Shown in pieces: positions 55,214 to 64,000 of a stretch of 64,000 nucleotides of DNA (positions are counted from its first letter, which is position 1; each line of letters starts with the position of its first letter). A program made the position numbers and the translations under genes. The notes beneath the pieces were generated by a model. The model did not search any database and was not told the origin of the DNA. It was given only the letters and a program-made list of their open reading frames with translations. Source of the DNA: Alphaproteobacteria bacterium (GTDB lineage: Bacteria > Pseudomonadota > Alphaproteobacteria > RF32 > CAG-239); contig JAFVFB010000005.1 of assembly GCA_017475705.1 (NCBI GenBank), forward strand, positions 1,405 through 65,404, read 5' to 3'.

Positions 55214-56479
55214 ATGGAAACAGAACTAACAACACTCTCTAATGGTTTACGGATTGTAACTGCTAATAGACCACAAATAGAAACTGTTTCTCTCGGCATA
55301 TGGGTTAATACAGGCTCTGCTGAAGAAATAGCTGAAGATAATGGCATATCCCATTTTATTGAACACATGGTTTTTAAAGGTACTAAAAAGCGAAATTCTC
55401 GACAGATTTCTGAAGATATAGAAAATGTCGGTGGCGCAACTAATGCCTATACTTCTCGTCATTTTACCTGTTTTTATGCTAAAATGCTTAAAGAAGATGT
55501 TGAGCTAGCCGCTGATGTCCTATGTGATTTCATCACTGACCCTACGTTTGATGCTCAAGAAATGGCTAAAGAAAAAGAAGTGGTTATTCAAGAAATTAAA
55601 CAATCAAATGATGCTCCAGATGATTTAGTTTTTGATTATTTCCAAGAAGCAGCTTTTGCCAACCAGGCTACTGGTAGAACTATTTTAGGTACGACTGAGC
55701 ATGTTCGCGGATTTACTGCTGAACGTATGCATGCTTATATGAAAGGTCATTATACGGCTCGAAATATGGTGGTTGCGGCTGTCGGACATATCGATCATAA
55801 TCAATTTGTTAAAATTATTGAACAACGCCTATCGCATCTTCCTGAGCATTGCCATTATACCGCTGACCAACAAATATATACCGGTGGTGCTAAAACAGAA
55901 TGTAAAGATATTGAGCAAACCCATCTTGTTCTTGGTTTTGACGGTGCTTCATACCAAAATCCTGATTATTATAAATATTCCGTTTTATCAACAATTTTTG
56001 GTGGAGGTATGTCTTCACGCCTATTCCAAGAAATCAGAGAAAAAAGAGGTTTGGTTTATACTATAAACAGCTTTAATCAAGCCTTGAAAAATGTAGGTGT
56101 TTTCGGCATTTATGCAGGCACGACACCTAATGAATTGCAAATATTGTTCCCTGTTGTTGTTGATGAAATCAAAAAAATTATGAATGAACCTGTCACTGAT
56201 ATTGAGTTGCAACGCGCAAAAATCCAGATTAAAGCTAGTTTACTCATGTCTTTGGAAAGCTCTTCAACAACGGCTGAAATTATGGCAAGACAGATGCTTT
56301 TGTTTGGGCGAGTTTTATCTGCTCAAGAAATTGTAGAAAAAATAGAGTCTGTTACAGCTGATTCTTTGCAAGTTTTGGCTCAAAAAATCTTTTCTTCTAT
56401 TCCGACCTATGCCCTACTTGGTTGCTCAGGAGGCGGTTACCCTTCCTATGATAAGGTCAAAGAATTACTGAGCTTTTAG
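55214..56479 (+). CDS. M16-family zinc peptidase (MPP/PqqL-like)
   Basis: 421 aa. HFIEHMVFKGT (HxxEH) and a downstream NAYTS motif. Confidence 0.88.
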   Translation: METELTTLSNGLRIVTANRPQIETVSLGIWVNTGSAEEIAEDNGISHFIEHMVFKGTKKRNSRQISEDIENVGGATNAYTSRHFTCFYAKMLKEDVELAADVLCDFITDPTFDAQEMAKEKEVVIQEIKQSNDAPDDLVFDYFQEAAFANQATGRTILGTTEHVRGFTAERMHAYMKGHYTARNMVVAAVGHIDHNQFVKIIEQRLSHLPEHCHYTADQQIYTGGAKTECKDIEQTHLVLGFDGASYQNPDYYKYSVLSTIFGGGMSSRLFQEIREKRGLVYTINSFNQALKNVGVFGIYAGTTPNELQILFPVVVDEIKKIMNEPVTDIELQRAKIQIKASLLMSLESSSTTAEIMARQMLLFGRVLSAQEIVEKIESVTADSLQVLAQKIFSSIPTYALLGCSGGGYPSYDKVKELLSF

Positions 56480-58059
56480 TCTGAGTGCAATTTTGTTTTG
56501 GCTTCTGATAGGCCTTTTTCTGTTAATACAATAATGATAATATCATTGTCAATGTAGATGGATGGTTGTTGCGGCCAAACTTGAGCTGTATTTCTTAGAA
56601 ATTCTTTACCTTTACTGGATAAATCTTCGACTGAGGCATTTTGATAAAATATATCTTCTGGATAATAAAAATTGTAGACAATATGAGACATATACTGCGG
56701 TGTAAAAGATGTTGCTAGTAAATCTAAACTTGTTTCTTCCCCTGCTTTTTCTCTATAGTAATTTTTTCGTAAAGACAAACTTCCTATCTGTAATAAGCGA
56801 TATTTTTGTTTAGCTTGGAATTGAGGCTGTTGCTCTATGCGCGCAACAATTCTCTCATGAACTTTCATTTCTGCATCAAAACCCAACTTCCAAACTTTTT
56901 GCGCATACATATCACGCACTATAGACATAAACGTTATTATAATAGCAAAAGCTATTCCTATTTTATAAATATACCCCTTGGCAAACTTCATTATTAATGC
57001 CAAACCTAACCCATACAGATATACTAAACCATAAAAATCTAATCTTCCAACAAATGCAAAATTCTCCATTTGCGCTAAAATGTGCCCTCGTTCATCGGCC
57101 ATAAAATAAGCTAATTTCGAGCAAAATAAGCTTGCTATTATTAATATCAATGCTCCGATGATTTTTTTGGGGCCGCCGTGATAAAAAGCTATCACCATTC
57201 CCAATAGGCATAGCACTAATAAGCATAATTTATATATTATATCTATAAATGGAAGAGGTACTATCCATTGTAATAACATTACTCGACAGGTTGTAGCTAA
57301 TTTTTGAGGCAATATATCAAACGGAATAATTTGAGTATTATATTCAGATGAAATAGTGATTAACGAAAGCGTCAGTTTGAATAAGAGTAGTGCTATGGCA
57401 ATATCCAATACAGGAAGAATCTTTTGTTTAATTAAAGAAGTTATATTGCGGCCGTCTAAGTAGGAAATAAGCATTTCCCCTAAAATGCATACTGTTAATA
57501 AATTTATTACTGCTGCATAAGATGCTAAACAGAAATAAAATAGCAATATTGCCATAATGTGATAGCTTATTTTTTTGACTGTTTTTTCTCTATCCACTAA
57601 GGTTAGACCACTAATGGCTATGAGCGGCAAACTCAGATTAATCAGACTATCTTTGGCATAAAATAACCACACTAAAGTATAGGGTAATACGGCAATAAAG
57701 CTCGAAAATAAAGTATTTTTTAAGGTACCAGTTGTTATATGCCAATACCGCGCAAGTAACACTCCACTCAGTGCCATTGCAGCAAAGGATACCATATTAT
57801 TCAATAGCGGTAAAACTTGCCCTGAAAATAAGATTGATTGCAATAAAAAATGGAGAGGACGCCCTTCGAAGGCACCCTCATTCCAATAATTTGCATAACG
57901 CACATAATTCCAATCATGATCACCATACATGAAATTTACAGTGTGAAATAAAAACGCAATATTAATGAGAAGAAATGTCCATAATATGGATTTCGCTGTA
58001 CTCAAGTTAAAATCTATCCCTCTCGATTGTTGCTTTTTATTCCGCACTGTCTCTTTCAT
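56476..58059 (-). CDS. Polytopic membrane protein, possibly a GtrII-like/GT-C-type glycosyltransferase
   Basis: 527 aa with about 11 hydrophobic segments and a soluble C-terminal region. The family assignment rests only on a weak memory of Glucos_trans_II-like N-termini. Confidence 0.4.
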   Translation of the reverse strand: MKETVRNKKQQSRGIDFNLSTAKSILWTFLLINIAFLFHTVNFMYGDHDWNYVRYANYWNEGAFEGRPLHFLLQSILFSGQVLPLLNNMVSFAAMALSGVLLARYWHITTGTLKNTLFSSFIAVLPYTLVWLFYAKDSLINLSLPLIAISGLTLVDREKTVKKISYHIMAILLFYFCLASYAAVINLLTVCILGEMLISYLDGRNITSLIKQKILPVLDIAIALLLFKLTLSLITISSEYNTQIIPFDILPQKLATTCRVMLLQWIVPLPFIDIIYKLCLLVLCLLGMVIAFYHGGPKKIIGALILIIASLFCSKLAYFMADERGHILAQMENFAFVGRLDFYGLVYLYGLGLALIMKFAKGYIYKIGIAFAIIITFMSIVRDMYAQKVWKLGFDAEMKVHERIVARIEQQPQFQAKQKYRLLQIGSLSLRKNYYREKAGEETSLDLLATSFTPQYMSHIVYNFYYPEDIFYQNASVEDLSSKGKEFLRNTAQVWPQQPSIYIDNDIIIIVLTEKGLSEAKTKLHSD

Positions 58060-58075
58060 TCATGACTCCTTTAGC

Positions 58076-58981
58076 TTATAAATCAAAACTTTTGTTATAA
58101 GATAAAGATAGACCAAATGTGCTTTGTGCACGAGAACTTCTTGCCCCTCTTGTTTCCGCTAATTCGTAGTTATAGAAAGGCGCTAAATATAAGTCACCCG
58201 TTAATTTGGTTTCAATACGATTATTTAATTCCAATTTGTACTTGAAATCTGTATTTTCTCTTTCAGAATATTCAAAGAAACGACGGTAAAATCCTTCTGA
58301 GATAAAAGCTGTCGTCTCATTAATTGGATAATTAAATTCATAACCTATTTCACCACCGGTCTTCATGTTGTCATTATGATATGTCATATCGTCTTCTTCA
58401 ACGACCGCCACATATAATTGCTTAAAATATTTACCATCATATAGCTTTAGACCAGCTTTCCCACGTAAAATTTTGGTTCTATAACTATGCTTACGATTAT
58501 TTTCAATTAAATCAAAATCTGTAAATTCTGTTTCATAACCTAAATATGCAAAAGGCCCCACCACACCTTGTTCTAATTGCCATACTTTATGCGTGTAATC
58601 GGTAAAAAGCAAAATTTCATCGTCTTTTTCATTTTCTGTGGTCACAGCATTTTCTGTGGTTTTACTCTTACTATAATTCATAAATAAGCCATTCATCCAG
58701 ATTTGATTAGCCGTTTCATAGGTTATATTTCCGTCAAAAACACCGCCAATTGTTTCTTCCTCGTCTGCATTATACGTATCTGGATAATTTGCATCTTTTC
58801 TATTCGTCACACTGTGCTCCATATACTCAAATGCTAACCGCTTTATATTTGCTGTTAATGAACTTGCTGAAGCTATCGCTTCATCTGTCGATATATTGTT
58901 AGCTACATTTTCATCAGCCACTGCAGAAAATGGCAACAGTACCGCTGCGCATACGGCTAAGGGTTTTACAATATGTTTCAT
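58076..58981 (-). CDS. Putative outer-membrane beta-barrel protein
   Basis: Signal peptide ending SAVA-DE. Alternating hydrophobic/aromatic beta-strand pattern. C-terminal ...LSYNKSFDL. Confidence 0.55.
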   Translation of the reverse strand: MKHIVKPLAVCAAVLLPFSAVADENVANNISTDEAIASASSLTANIKRLAFEYMEHSVTNRKDANYPDTYNADEEETIGGVFDGNITYETANQIWMNGLFMNYSKSKTTENAVTTENEKDDEILLFTDYTHKVWQLEQGVVGPFAYLGYETEFTDFDLIENNRKHSYRTKILRGKAGLKLYDGKYFKQLYVAVVEEDDMTYHNDNMKTGGEIGYEFNYPINETTAFISEGFYRRFFEYSERENTDFKYKLELNNRIETKLTGDLYLAPFYNYELAETRGARSSRAQSTFGLSLSYNKSFDL

Positions 58982-59073
58982 AGTCCTATCCTATTGTTAG
59001 TTAAAGTACAATAGGAATTGTATTCTATTTCTCTTGCTTAGCAAAAGTTTTTAGACACTTATCAACGATTAAT

Positions 59074-59922
59074 TTATTTGAAATTATAGCGCGGAAACAA
59101 AACACGGTAGATCATTTTTATGCGATCTTTTATCCTTAACTCTGGCTTGGGAGAAATTATTTCCCAGCCTCTCTTATCCATCTGCTCAAAATATGCATGG
59201 TAGAGATTGAGCATATAAACAACGGGCTTAGAGTTGCGGTTATTGTGTTCTTCCAGCAATTTATAAGCCTTTTGAAATGATTGACGTGCCAATTCTGCCA
59301 TGCACAAGCGGGCTTTATATAAATTTTTGTGAATCAGGATATCTTTGGCGGAGAGCCCTGACTCTATTTCTGCTTCATTTAGAAATTCTTGCGGTATATA
59401 TATATGTCCCCCTAGCGCATCTTCTTTGATATTCTTTAATATTTGTGTTACTTCTACTGCTCTCCCAATGCTTTGCCCTAATTCTTCAGTCGTTTTATCG
59501 TCAAATTCTGCTATAATTTTTAAGAGCAAGTAACACGGCACTTCAGCTACCCCATGGCAATATTGATCAAAATCTGCTAATGTCGGGCAAAACAACGCCT
59601 TAGGGCAATCCATAGCAAAACCTTGCCATATTTCTTCAAAGCATTCTTTTTTCAGTTTAAAACGTAAGCAGTTTTTATATATTCTACGTCCTATATCAGT
59701 TGATGGAACCTTCTTATCATAGATATTTGTAATTTCTCGACGCCAGGCTGCAAATATTTCCGCTTTATTTTTTTCTGGCAGTGTGCTTGAACTTAAATCA
59801 TCAAAATGCTTAAATAAGGCATATAATGTGTATACTGCCTCTCTTTTAGCTTTTGGATAGTGCATTGTGCACCAAAAAACTGCAGAATGATTTTTACGAA
59901 CCAGACGACCTATTGAGCTCAT
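59074..59922 (-). CDS. Squalene/phytoene synthase-family protein (degenerate Asp-rich motifs)
   Basis: 282 aa. YALFKHFDDLS and ILKNIKEDALGGHIYIPQE align with the two Asp-rich regions of the SQS/PSY family. Confidence 0.65.
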   Translation of the reverse strand: MSSIGRLVRKNHSAVFWCTMHYPKAKREAVYTLYALFKHFDDLSSSTLPEKNKAEIFAAWRREITNIYDKKVPSTDIGRRIYKNCLRFKLKKECFEEIWQGFAMDCPKALFCPTLADFDQYCHGVAEVPCYLLLKIIAEFDDKTTEELGQSIGRAVEVTQILKNIKEDALGGHIYIPQEFLNEAEIESGLSAKDILIHKNLYKARLCMAELARQSFQKAYKLLEEHNNRNSKPVVYMLNLYHAYFEQMDKRGWEIISPKPELRIKDRIKMIYRVLFPRYNFK

Positions 59923-59938
59923 TGATGTTCCTTTTATC

Positions 59939-60667
59939 TTAAAATCTTGAAAGGGTATGCCCTCTTATTTTGATTATATACCATAAACCATATAAAAATG
60001 CGTTAATATAATCAAGTAAAATTATATTTTTTTTGTCTTTTTTATTGATTAAGATTTTGCTTAGTCCAAGAGAAAAAGCAATCTTCAATTTAAATTTTAT
60101 ACCTTTTATTAATGGTAGTATGTGTAGTGTTTCTTGGTGCATATATATCAAATTTTGTTCTATTTCGTTACTATTTATAGAAAAATGTACATTCTTTGCA
60201 ATATTTTTTATTTCTTTTTGCTTTATTATATCTAACCCGATGTATATATAGATTAAATTAGTCATAGGTTGGTAGATAATTGAATATTGCTGATTCAACA
60301 CAGTCACAATCCGCGCTATAGGCCCTATAATTTGCAACAATATTGGGGACGCAGTTGAAAAAGTCAATGGATACGTATTTTGAGCTAATCTTTCATAACC
60401 ATCAAGAGGTTCTAAAAGCATTGACAAGGATAAATTTTCATTAATAAATTGATCCTGTAATTGGCCGAGTAATAAATTCTTTGACCATTTTCTGCTCACG
60501 CTGCGATATATAAAATTAAAACTTTGAGCCGAATAAAACTTCAAATGTAAGCCGCGGCGAGATAGTAACTGATGCCATCTTATGTAATTATAGCATAAAG
60601 TTTGATATTTTTGTGGAAATAGTTGTTCTACTAATGTCTGTGACATTAGGCTTCTAGTCAATTTCAT
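59939..60667 (-). CDS. Hypothetical protein (possibly a highly diverged paralogue of the downstream SQS/PSY-like gene)
   Basis: 242 aa ORF that overlaps the trmFO 3' end by 14 nt. No confident motif. Confidence 0.45.
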   Translation of the reverse strand: MKLTRSLMSQTLVEQLFPQKYQTLCYNYIRWHQLLSRRGLHLKFYSAQSFNFIYRSVSRKWSKNLLLGQLQDQFINENLSLSMLLEPLDGYERLAQNTYPLTFSTASPILLQIIGPIARIVTVLNQQYSIIYQPMTNLIYIYIGLDIIKQKEIKNIAKNVHFSINSNEIEQNLIYMHQETLHILPLIKGIKFKLKIAFSLGLSKILINKKDKKNIILLDYINAFLYGLWYIIKIRGHTLSRF

Positions 60668-62003
60668 TTAACCATTTCTCCGCGGCAATTAGAGCTCTTG
60701 TTGTCAGCATTTTTTTCTTTTCTGCACCCTTTAAATAGCGCAATTTCCCCTTTGCTGTTAAAATTTTAGGTAATTCCGGAAATAAACCGAAATTGATATT
60801 CATGGGTTGGTAGTTTTCCAGATTAGTGGTATCAGTTAAATGTGCTAATTGGCAACCAAATGCACTTTCACGCGGTGGCAGAAGCGGTGTTTTTCCTTTA
60901 GTAATTTCTGCAGCAAAATATCCTGCCAACCAACCGATTGATGCGCTTTCTATATACCCTTCACAGCCAGTGATTTGCCCTGCAAACATTATATGTGGCA
61001 TTGACTTTAGTCTCAAAAACTTATCTAATAGCCCCGGTGATTTGATAAAAGTATTTTTGTGAATTCCTCCCAAACGTGCAAAAACAGCCTTTTCCAATCC
61101 GGGAATCTTTCTAAAGATCCGTATTTGTTCGTCATGTCTTAATTTGGTTTGAAAACCAACCATATTGCGTAATGTATCTTCTTTATTATCTTGGCGCAAT
61201 TGCACAACTGCATATGGTTTTTCTGTGCTATTCGGATTAGTCAGCCCAACCGGCTTCATCGGACCATATAGTAAGGTATCATGCCCTCTTTCTGCCATTA
61301 CTTCTATTGGCAAGCAACCATCAAAATATGTTGCCTTTTCAAAATCATGAAACTGAACCTTTTCGCTTGCCAAAACCTCACTAACAAAGTCATCATACTG
61401 CTCTTTTGTCAATGGACAATTAATATAATCAAATTTATTCCCTTTATCATAGCGGGACTGATACCATGCTTTACTAAAATCTATACTTTCTTTATAGATT
61501 ACAGGTGCAATTGCATCGTAAAATGAAAGTTTTTTGTCACCTATTAATTTGGAAATACTTTGTGTCAGAGCTTCTGAAGTCAGAGGTCCTGTCGCTATGA
61601 TGTATATTTCATCTTGATTTTCAGGAATTTGTTTCACTTCTTCGTGAATAATAGTAATATTTGGATGCTGTTTTATTTTCTCTGTAATATATCGTGAGAA
61701 ATCTTTTCTATCAACAGCCAGTGCACCTCCTGCCGGGACTTTATTAATATCTGCACTTTCCATTATTAGAGATTTTGCTAATCTCATTTCTTGATGCAGC
61801 AAGCCAACAGCATTATTCATATAATCATCTGAGCGTAATGAATTTGAACATACTAACTCCGCAAAATTTTCATTGCTGTGTGCTGGTGAATATTTATGTG
61901 GTTTCATTTCATAGAGCAATACTTGAATATTACGATTCGCCAATTGCCAAGCAGCTTCTGCACCAGCAAGCCCGGCACCTATTACATTAACTTTTAGCAC
62001 CAT
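60654..62003 (-). CDS. trmFO: Methylenetetrahydrofolate-tRNA-(uracil-5-)-methyltransferase TrmFO
   Basis: 449 aa. VIGAGLAGAEAAWQLA FAD motif. FAGQITG.EGY..S region. Confidence 0.92.
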   Translation of the reverse strand: MVLKVNVIGAGLAGAEAAWQLANRNIQVLLYEMKPHKYSPAHSNENFAELVCSNSLRSDDYMNNAVGLLHQEMRLAKSLIMESADINKVPAGGALAVDRKDFSRYITEKIKQHPNITIIHEEVKQIPENQDEIYIIATGPLTSEALTQSISKLIGDKKLSFYDAIAPVIYKESIDFSKAWYQSRYDKGNKFDYINCPLTKEQYDDFVSEVLASEKVQFHDFEKATYFDGCLPIEVMAERGHDTLLYGPMKPVGLTNPNSTEKPYAVVQLRQDNKEDTLRNMVGFQTKLRHDEQIRIFRKIPGLEKAVFARLGGIHKNTFIKSPGLLDKFLRLKSMPHIMFAGQITGCEGYIESASIGWLAGYFAAEITKGKTPLLPPRESAFGCQLAHLTDTTNLENYQPMNINFGLFPELPKILTAKGKLRYLKGAEKKKMLTTRALIAAEKWLNEID

Positions 62004-62115
62004 TAATTACTCCTTTGCTAATATCTTATAAAGAGCATTATCCGGTTTGTAAATACTAAAAATTAGGTGATTTTTAAAAAAACTTTGCTATAATGTCTGC
62101 TAAAGGTTGAATAAA

Positions 62116-63042
62116 ATGATTATAATCAGATATTTAATATTTTCTATTATCTTTATCGAAGGCTTTATTATCAGCCTGTTGCCTTGTTACGCACAAACTT
62201 CTTTTTCTCCTCAACCTAATACGGTGCAGGTTGATGTCAAAAAATCTTTTAGTGACAATCTTACTGATGGACCTGGCTCTGTTCCAACTAAAGCACTTCC
62301 ATCTTTCAGAAAAAAAGATGATCGTGAAACGTGGCTTGAAAGTTTGATATCCAAGGGGACCAGCGAACTTTTTAATATGCAAGACGCTAAAACTCAAAAG
62401 GCTGAAAAAAAACGAATCGAAAAGGTTTTGCAAAAAAAGCGTTCTAATGCAGCTCATTTTGATATTTCTGGTATTCGCCTGAGAATGTCTCCTAATGAAG
62501 TCGAGCGAATCTTATTAAGTAACGGCTATCGGCGACAAATTCAAGAAGAGCGTATTCCTAATTTTATTAAATGGCGAAGTGAAGAACTTTGCCGCATTCA
62601 TGGCATCATAGGCTTTGAGAGAATTGCAGCTTGCACCAAAAATGTCGCTAAAACAAATGGTTTTAACTATGTTGCACGTGAAGTTTATAACCGTGATTCC
62701 ACACATGAAAATATTGAAATTTTGTATACTTCCACATTCACAGATAATCTAGCCCATCGCATTTATTATAAGAGTCATATTCCTTTTTCTAATAGTAAAG
62801 CCTCACAAAATATCTATATTAATAACATTAAGATTTATGATTTTTGGAAAAGAATCGATGAGCGTTATGGACAACCGGATAACACAAGTGAAATTAAATG
62901 GGGATTAGGTGGAAAGAAGCCTTATCTTAAAGCCACAACAGGTAGTCTAGAATTAGTGGACCCTCTGCTAAAGGATTTAGATTCTTCACGCATGCTCAAT
63001 GAAGATTCCAGACTAGCTAATACCCCTTATTATACCTTTTAA
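62116..63042 (+). CDS. Hypothetical secreted protein
   Basis: ATG at 62116. Signal-like IIIRYLIFSIIFIEGFIISLLPCYAQ. No domain recognised. Confidence 0.55.
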   Translation: MIIIRYLIFSIIFIEGFIISLLPCYAQTSFSPQPNTVQVDVKKSFSDNLTDGPGSVPTKALPSFRKKDDRETWLESLISKGTSELFNMQDAKTQKAEKKRIEKVLQKKRSNAAHFDISGIRLRMSPNEVERILLSNGYRRQIQEERIPNFIKWRSEELCRIHGIIGFERIAACTKNVAKTNGFNYVAREVYNRDSTHENIEILYTSTFTDNLAHRIYYKSHIPFSNSKASQNIYINNIKIYDFWKRIDERYGQPDNTSEIKWGLGGKKPYLKATTGSLELVDPLLKDLDSSRMLNEDSRLANTPYYTF

Positions 63043-63058
63043 TGGAGAGGATAAAAGT

Positions 63059-63658
63059 ATGAAAAATATCTATGTATGCGAAATTGTTGCAACTCGGTTA
63101 TCTCATGACCTTATTGGCAATATCGGGGCTGTTGCCAATGCTGTTGAACTATTACACGAGGGGGATGACGAAGATAAAGCTGATATCCTACCAATCTTAG
63201 ATTTTAGTTCCACTGTTTTAAGTAGACGCCTCAAATTTTTCCGTTTATGTTTTGGACTCTCTAATTCCTCTGTAAAAAATATGACAGATTTGCAAGAAAT
63301 TATCCAAGACTATCTTCTCACTTTGGGTAATCCTAATTACCCTATTCGTTTAAGTTTAAAAATTGAGACACCTCAGATTTATAAGCTCATTATGCCTGCT
63401 ATTATGATGATGGCAGATGTTTTAGTTAAAGGGGGAGAAGTTTTAGTCGAACAAAAATTGCATGGCCTCCACATCAGTGCTCTGTCAGAAGTTCCTCTTA
63501 ATCAAAGTAAACTACAAAATATTGATTTAGTATTGTCTGGACAAGAGATTGAAGAGAACCCTTCTACTTATGCTCCGCTCTATTATTTATTAGATTATTT
63601 ATCCGGTCAAAATGTTCCCGTATCTCGTAAAAATAATACATTAGTTATCGGAGAATAG
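63059..63658 (+). CDS. chpT: Histidine phosphotransferase ChpT
   Basis: GGAGAGG SD. ATRLSHDLIGNIGAVANAVELL...LKFFRLCFG parallels Caulobacter ChpT (AARLCHDFISP...LQFTRVAFG). Confidence 0.8.
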   Translation: MKNIYVCEIVATRLSHDLIGNIGAVANAVELLHEGDDEDKADILPILDFSSTVLSRRLKFFRLCFGLSNSSVKNMTDLQEIIQDYLLTLGNPNYPIRLSLKIETPQIYKLIMPAIMMMADVLVKGGEVLVEQKLHGLHISALSEVPLNQSKLQNIDLVLSGQEIEENPSTYAPLYYLLDYLSGQNVPVSRKNNTLVIGE

Positions 63659-63664
63659 ATTTTT

Positions 63665-64000
63665 ATGGCCTATTACGGTATTCTTCTTCCATTGGCTTTT
63701 AATGATGTTTTTGATTATCAATCTGATAATGAAACGTTGTGTTGCGGTCAGCTTGTTGTTGTGTCTTTTGGTAGAGAAGAATTAGTCGGTGTCGTTTGGA
63801 AAATTGGTAAAAGTGCTGACCTCGATATAAAAAAAATAAAACCTATCAAGCAAATTCTATCTTTGCCTAAGCTCTCCCAAATTATGATTACTTTTATTCA
63901 AAAAACAGCAGAATATAACTTAGCTCCGCTCGGGTTGGTTCTAAAGATGGTGCTTGGACAGAAAACAAACCAATTACCAAAGCAAAAAGTCACCTTATAT
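63665..64000 (+). CDS. priA: Primosomal protein N' (PriA), N-terminal fragment running off the right edge
   Basis: Own translation gives MAYYGILLPLAFNDVFDYQSD...GQLVVVSFGREELVGVVW. This is a typical PriA N-terminal 3'-DNA-binding domain pattern. Confidence 0.75.
   Translation, partial: MAYYGILLPLAFNDVFDYQSDNETLCCGQLVVVSFGREELVGVVWKIGKSADLDIKKIKPIKQILSLPKLSQIMITFIQKTAEYNLAPLGLVLKMVLGQKTNQLPKQKVTLY

Noticed and set aside
56476-56479. Convergent M16 peptidase and membrane-protein genes overlap by 4 nt (TTAG serves as TAA and TAG).
   Set aside because: Overlap of stop codons is common in compact genomes and nothing suggests regulatory significance.
1-64000. Whether the broken genes (psd, rsmB-like) signal an alternative genetic code.
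   Set aside because: About 60 long ORFs are intact under the standard code. TGA clearly terminates genes such as lepB and the MBL hydrolase. The psd lesion is a frameshift, not a stop codon.

Overview
This is an AT-rich bacterial chromosome segment. Hand counts give roughly 30-37% G+C in typical coding lines. It holds about 60 protein genes and 2 tRNAs. I found no rRNA, CRISPR array, transposase or integrase. All family assignments come from motif recognition by eye, because no BLAST, HMM or folding run was possible.

Lineage: ChpT, TrmFO and a long-linker LexA point to an alphaproteobacterium. Secreted ankyrin, MORN and EF-hand proteins and several broken genes suggest a host-associated lifestyle.

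Core genes: htpG (partial), tcdA, hppA, htpX, trkH, ackA, prs, cysE, lepB, pgi, mtnN-lexA, proS, trmFO, chpT and priA (partial).

Accessory content:
- An orphan phage module lies beside tRNA-Met (CAT). It has tail-fibre-like, holin-like and overlapped spanin genes behind a promoter-plus-terminator leader, but no endolysin.
- A 48-bp exact direct repeat of the tRNA-Ser(TGA) 3' end plus its terminator brackets a 185-bp G+C-rich insert. This looks like an attL/attR-type scar.
- There are two surface-glycan islands. In the second, LicD, GT8 and GT2 share a reiterated 'YLF..IPLLKIK' module.
- ackA is translationally coupled to a P-loop, zeta-toxin-like kinase.
- An anaerobe-style gene set is present: HydG-type radical SAM enzyme, reverse rubrerythrin, Fe-ADH and a membrane pyrophosphatase.

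Gene decay: psd carries a 1-nt frameshift, an rsmB-like gene has an in-frame TAA, an eptA fragment sits next to a perfect 77-bp tandem duplication, and a HAD nucleotidase appears truncated.
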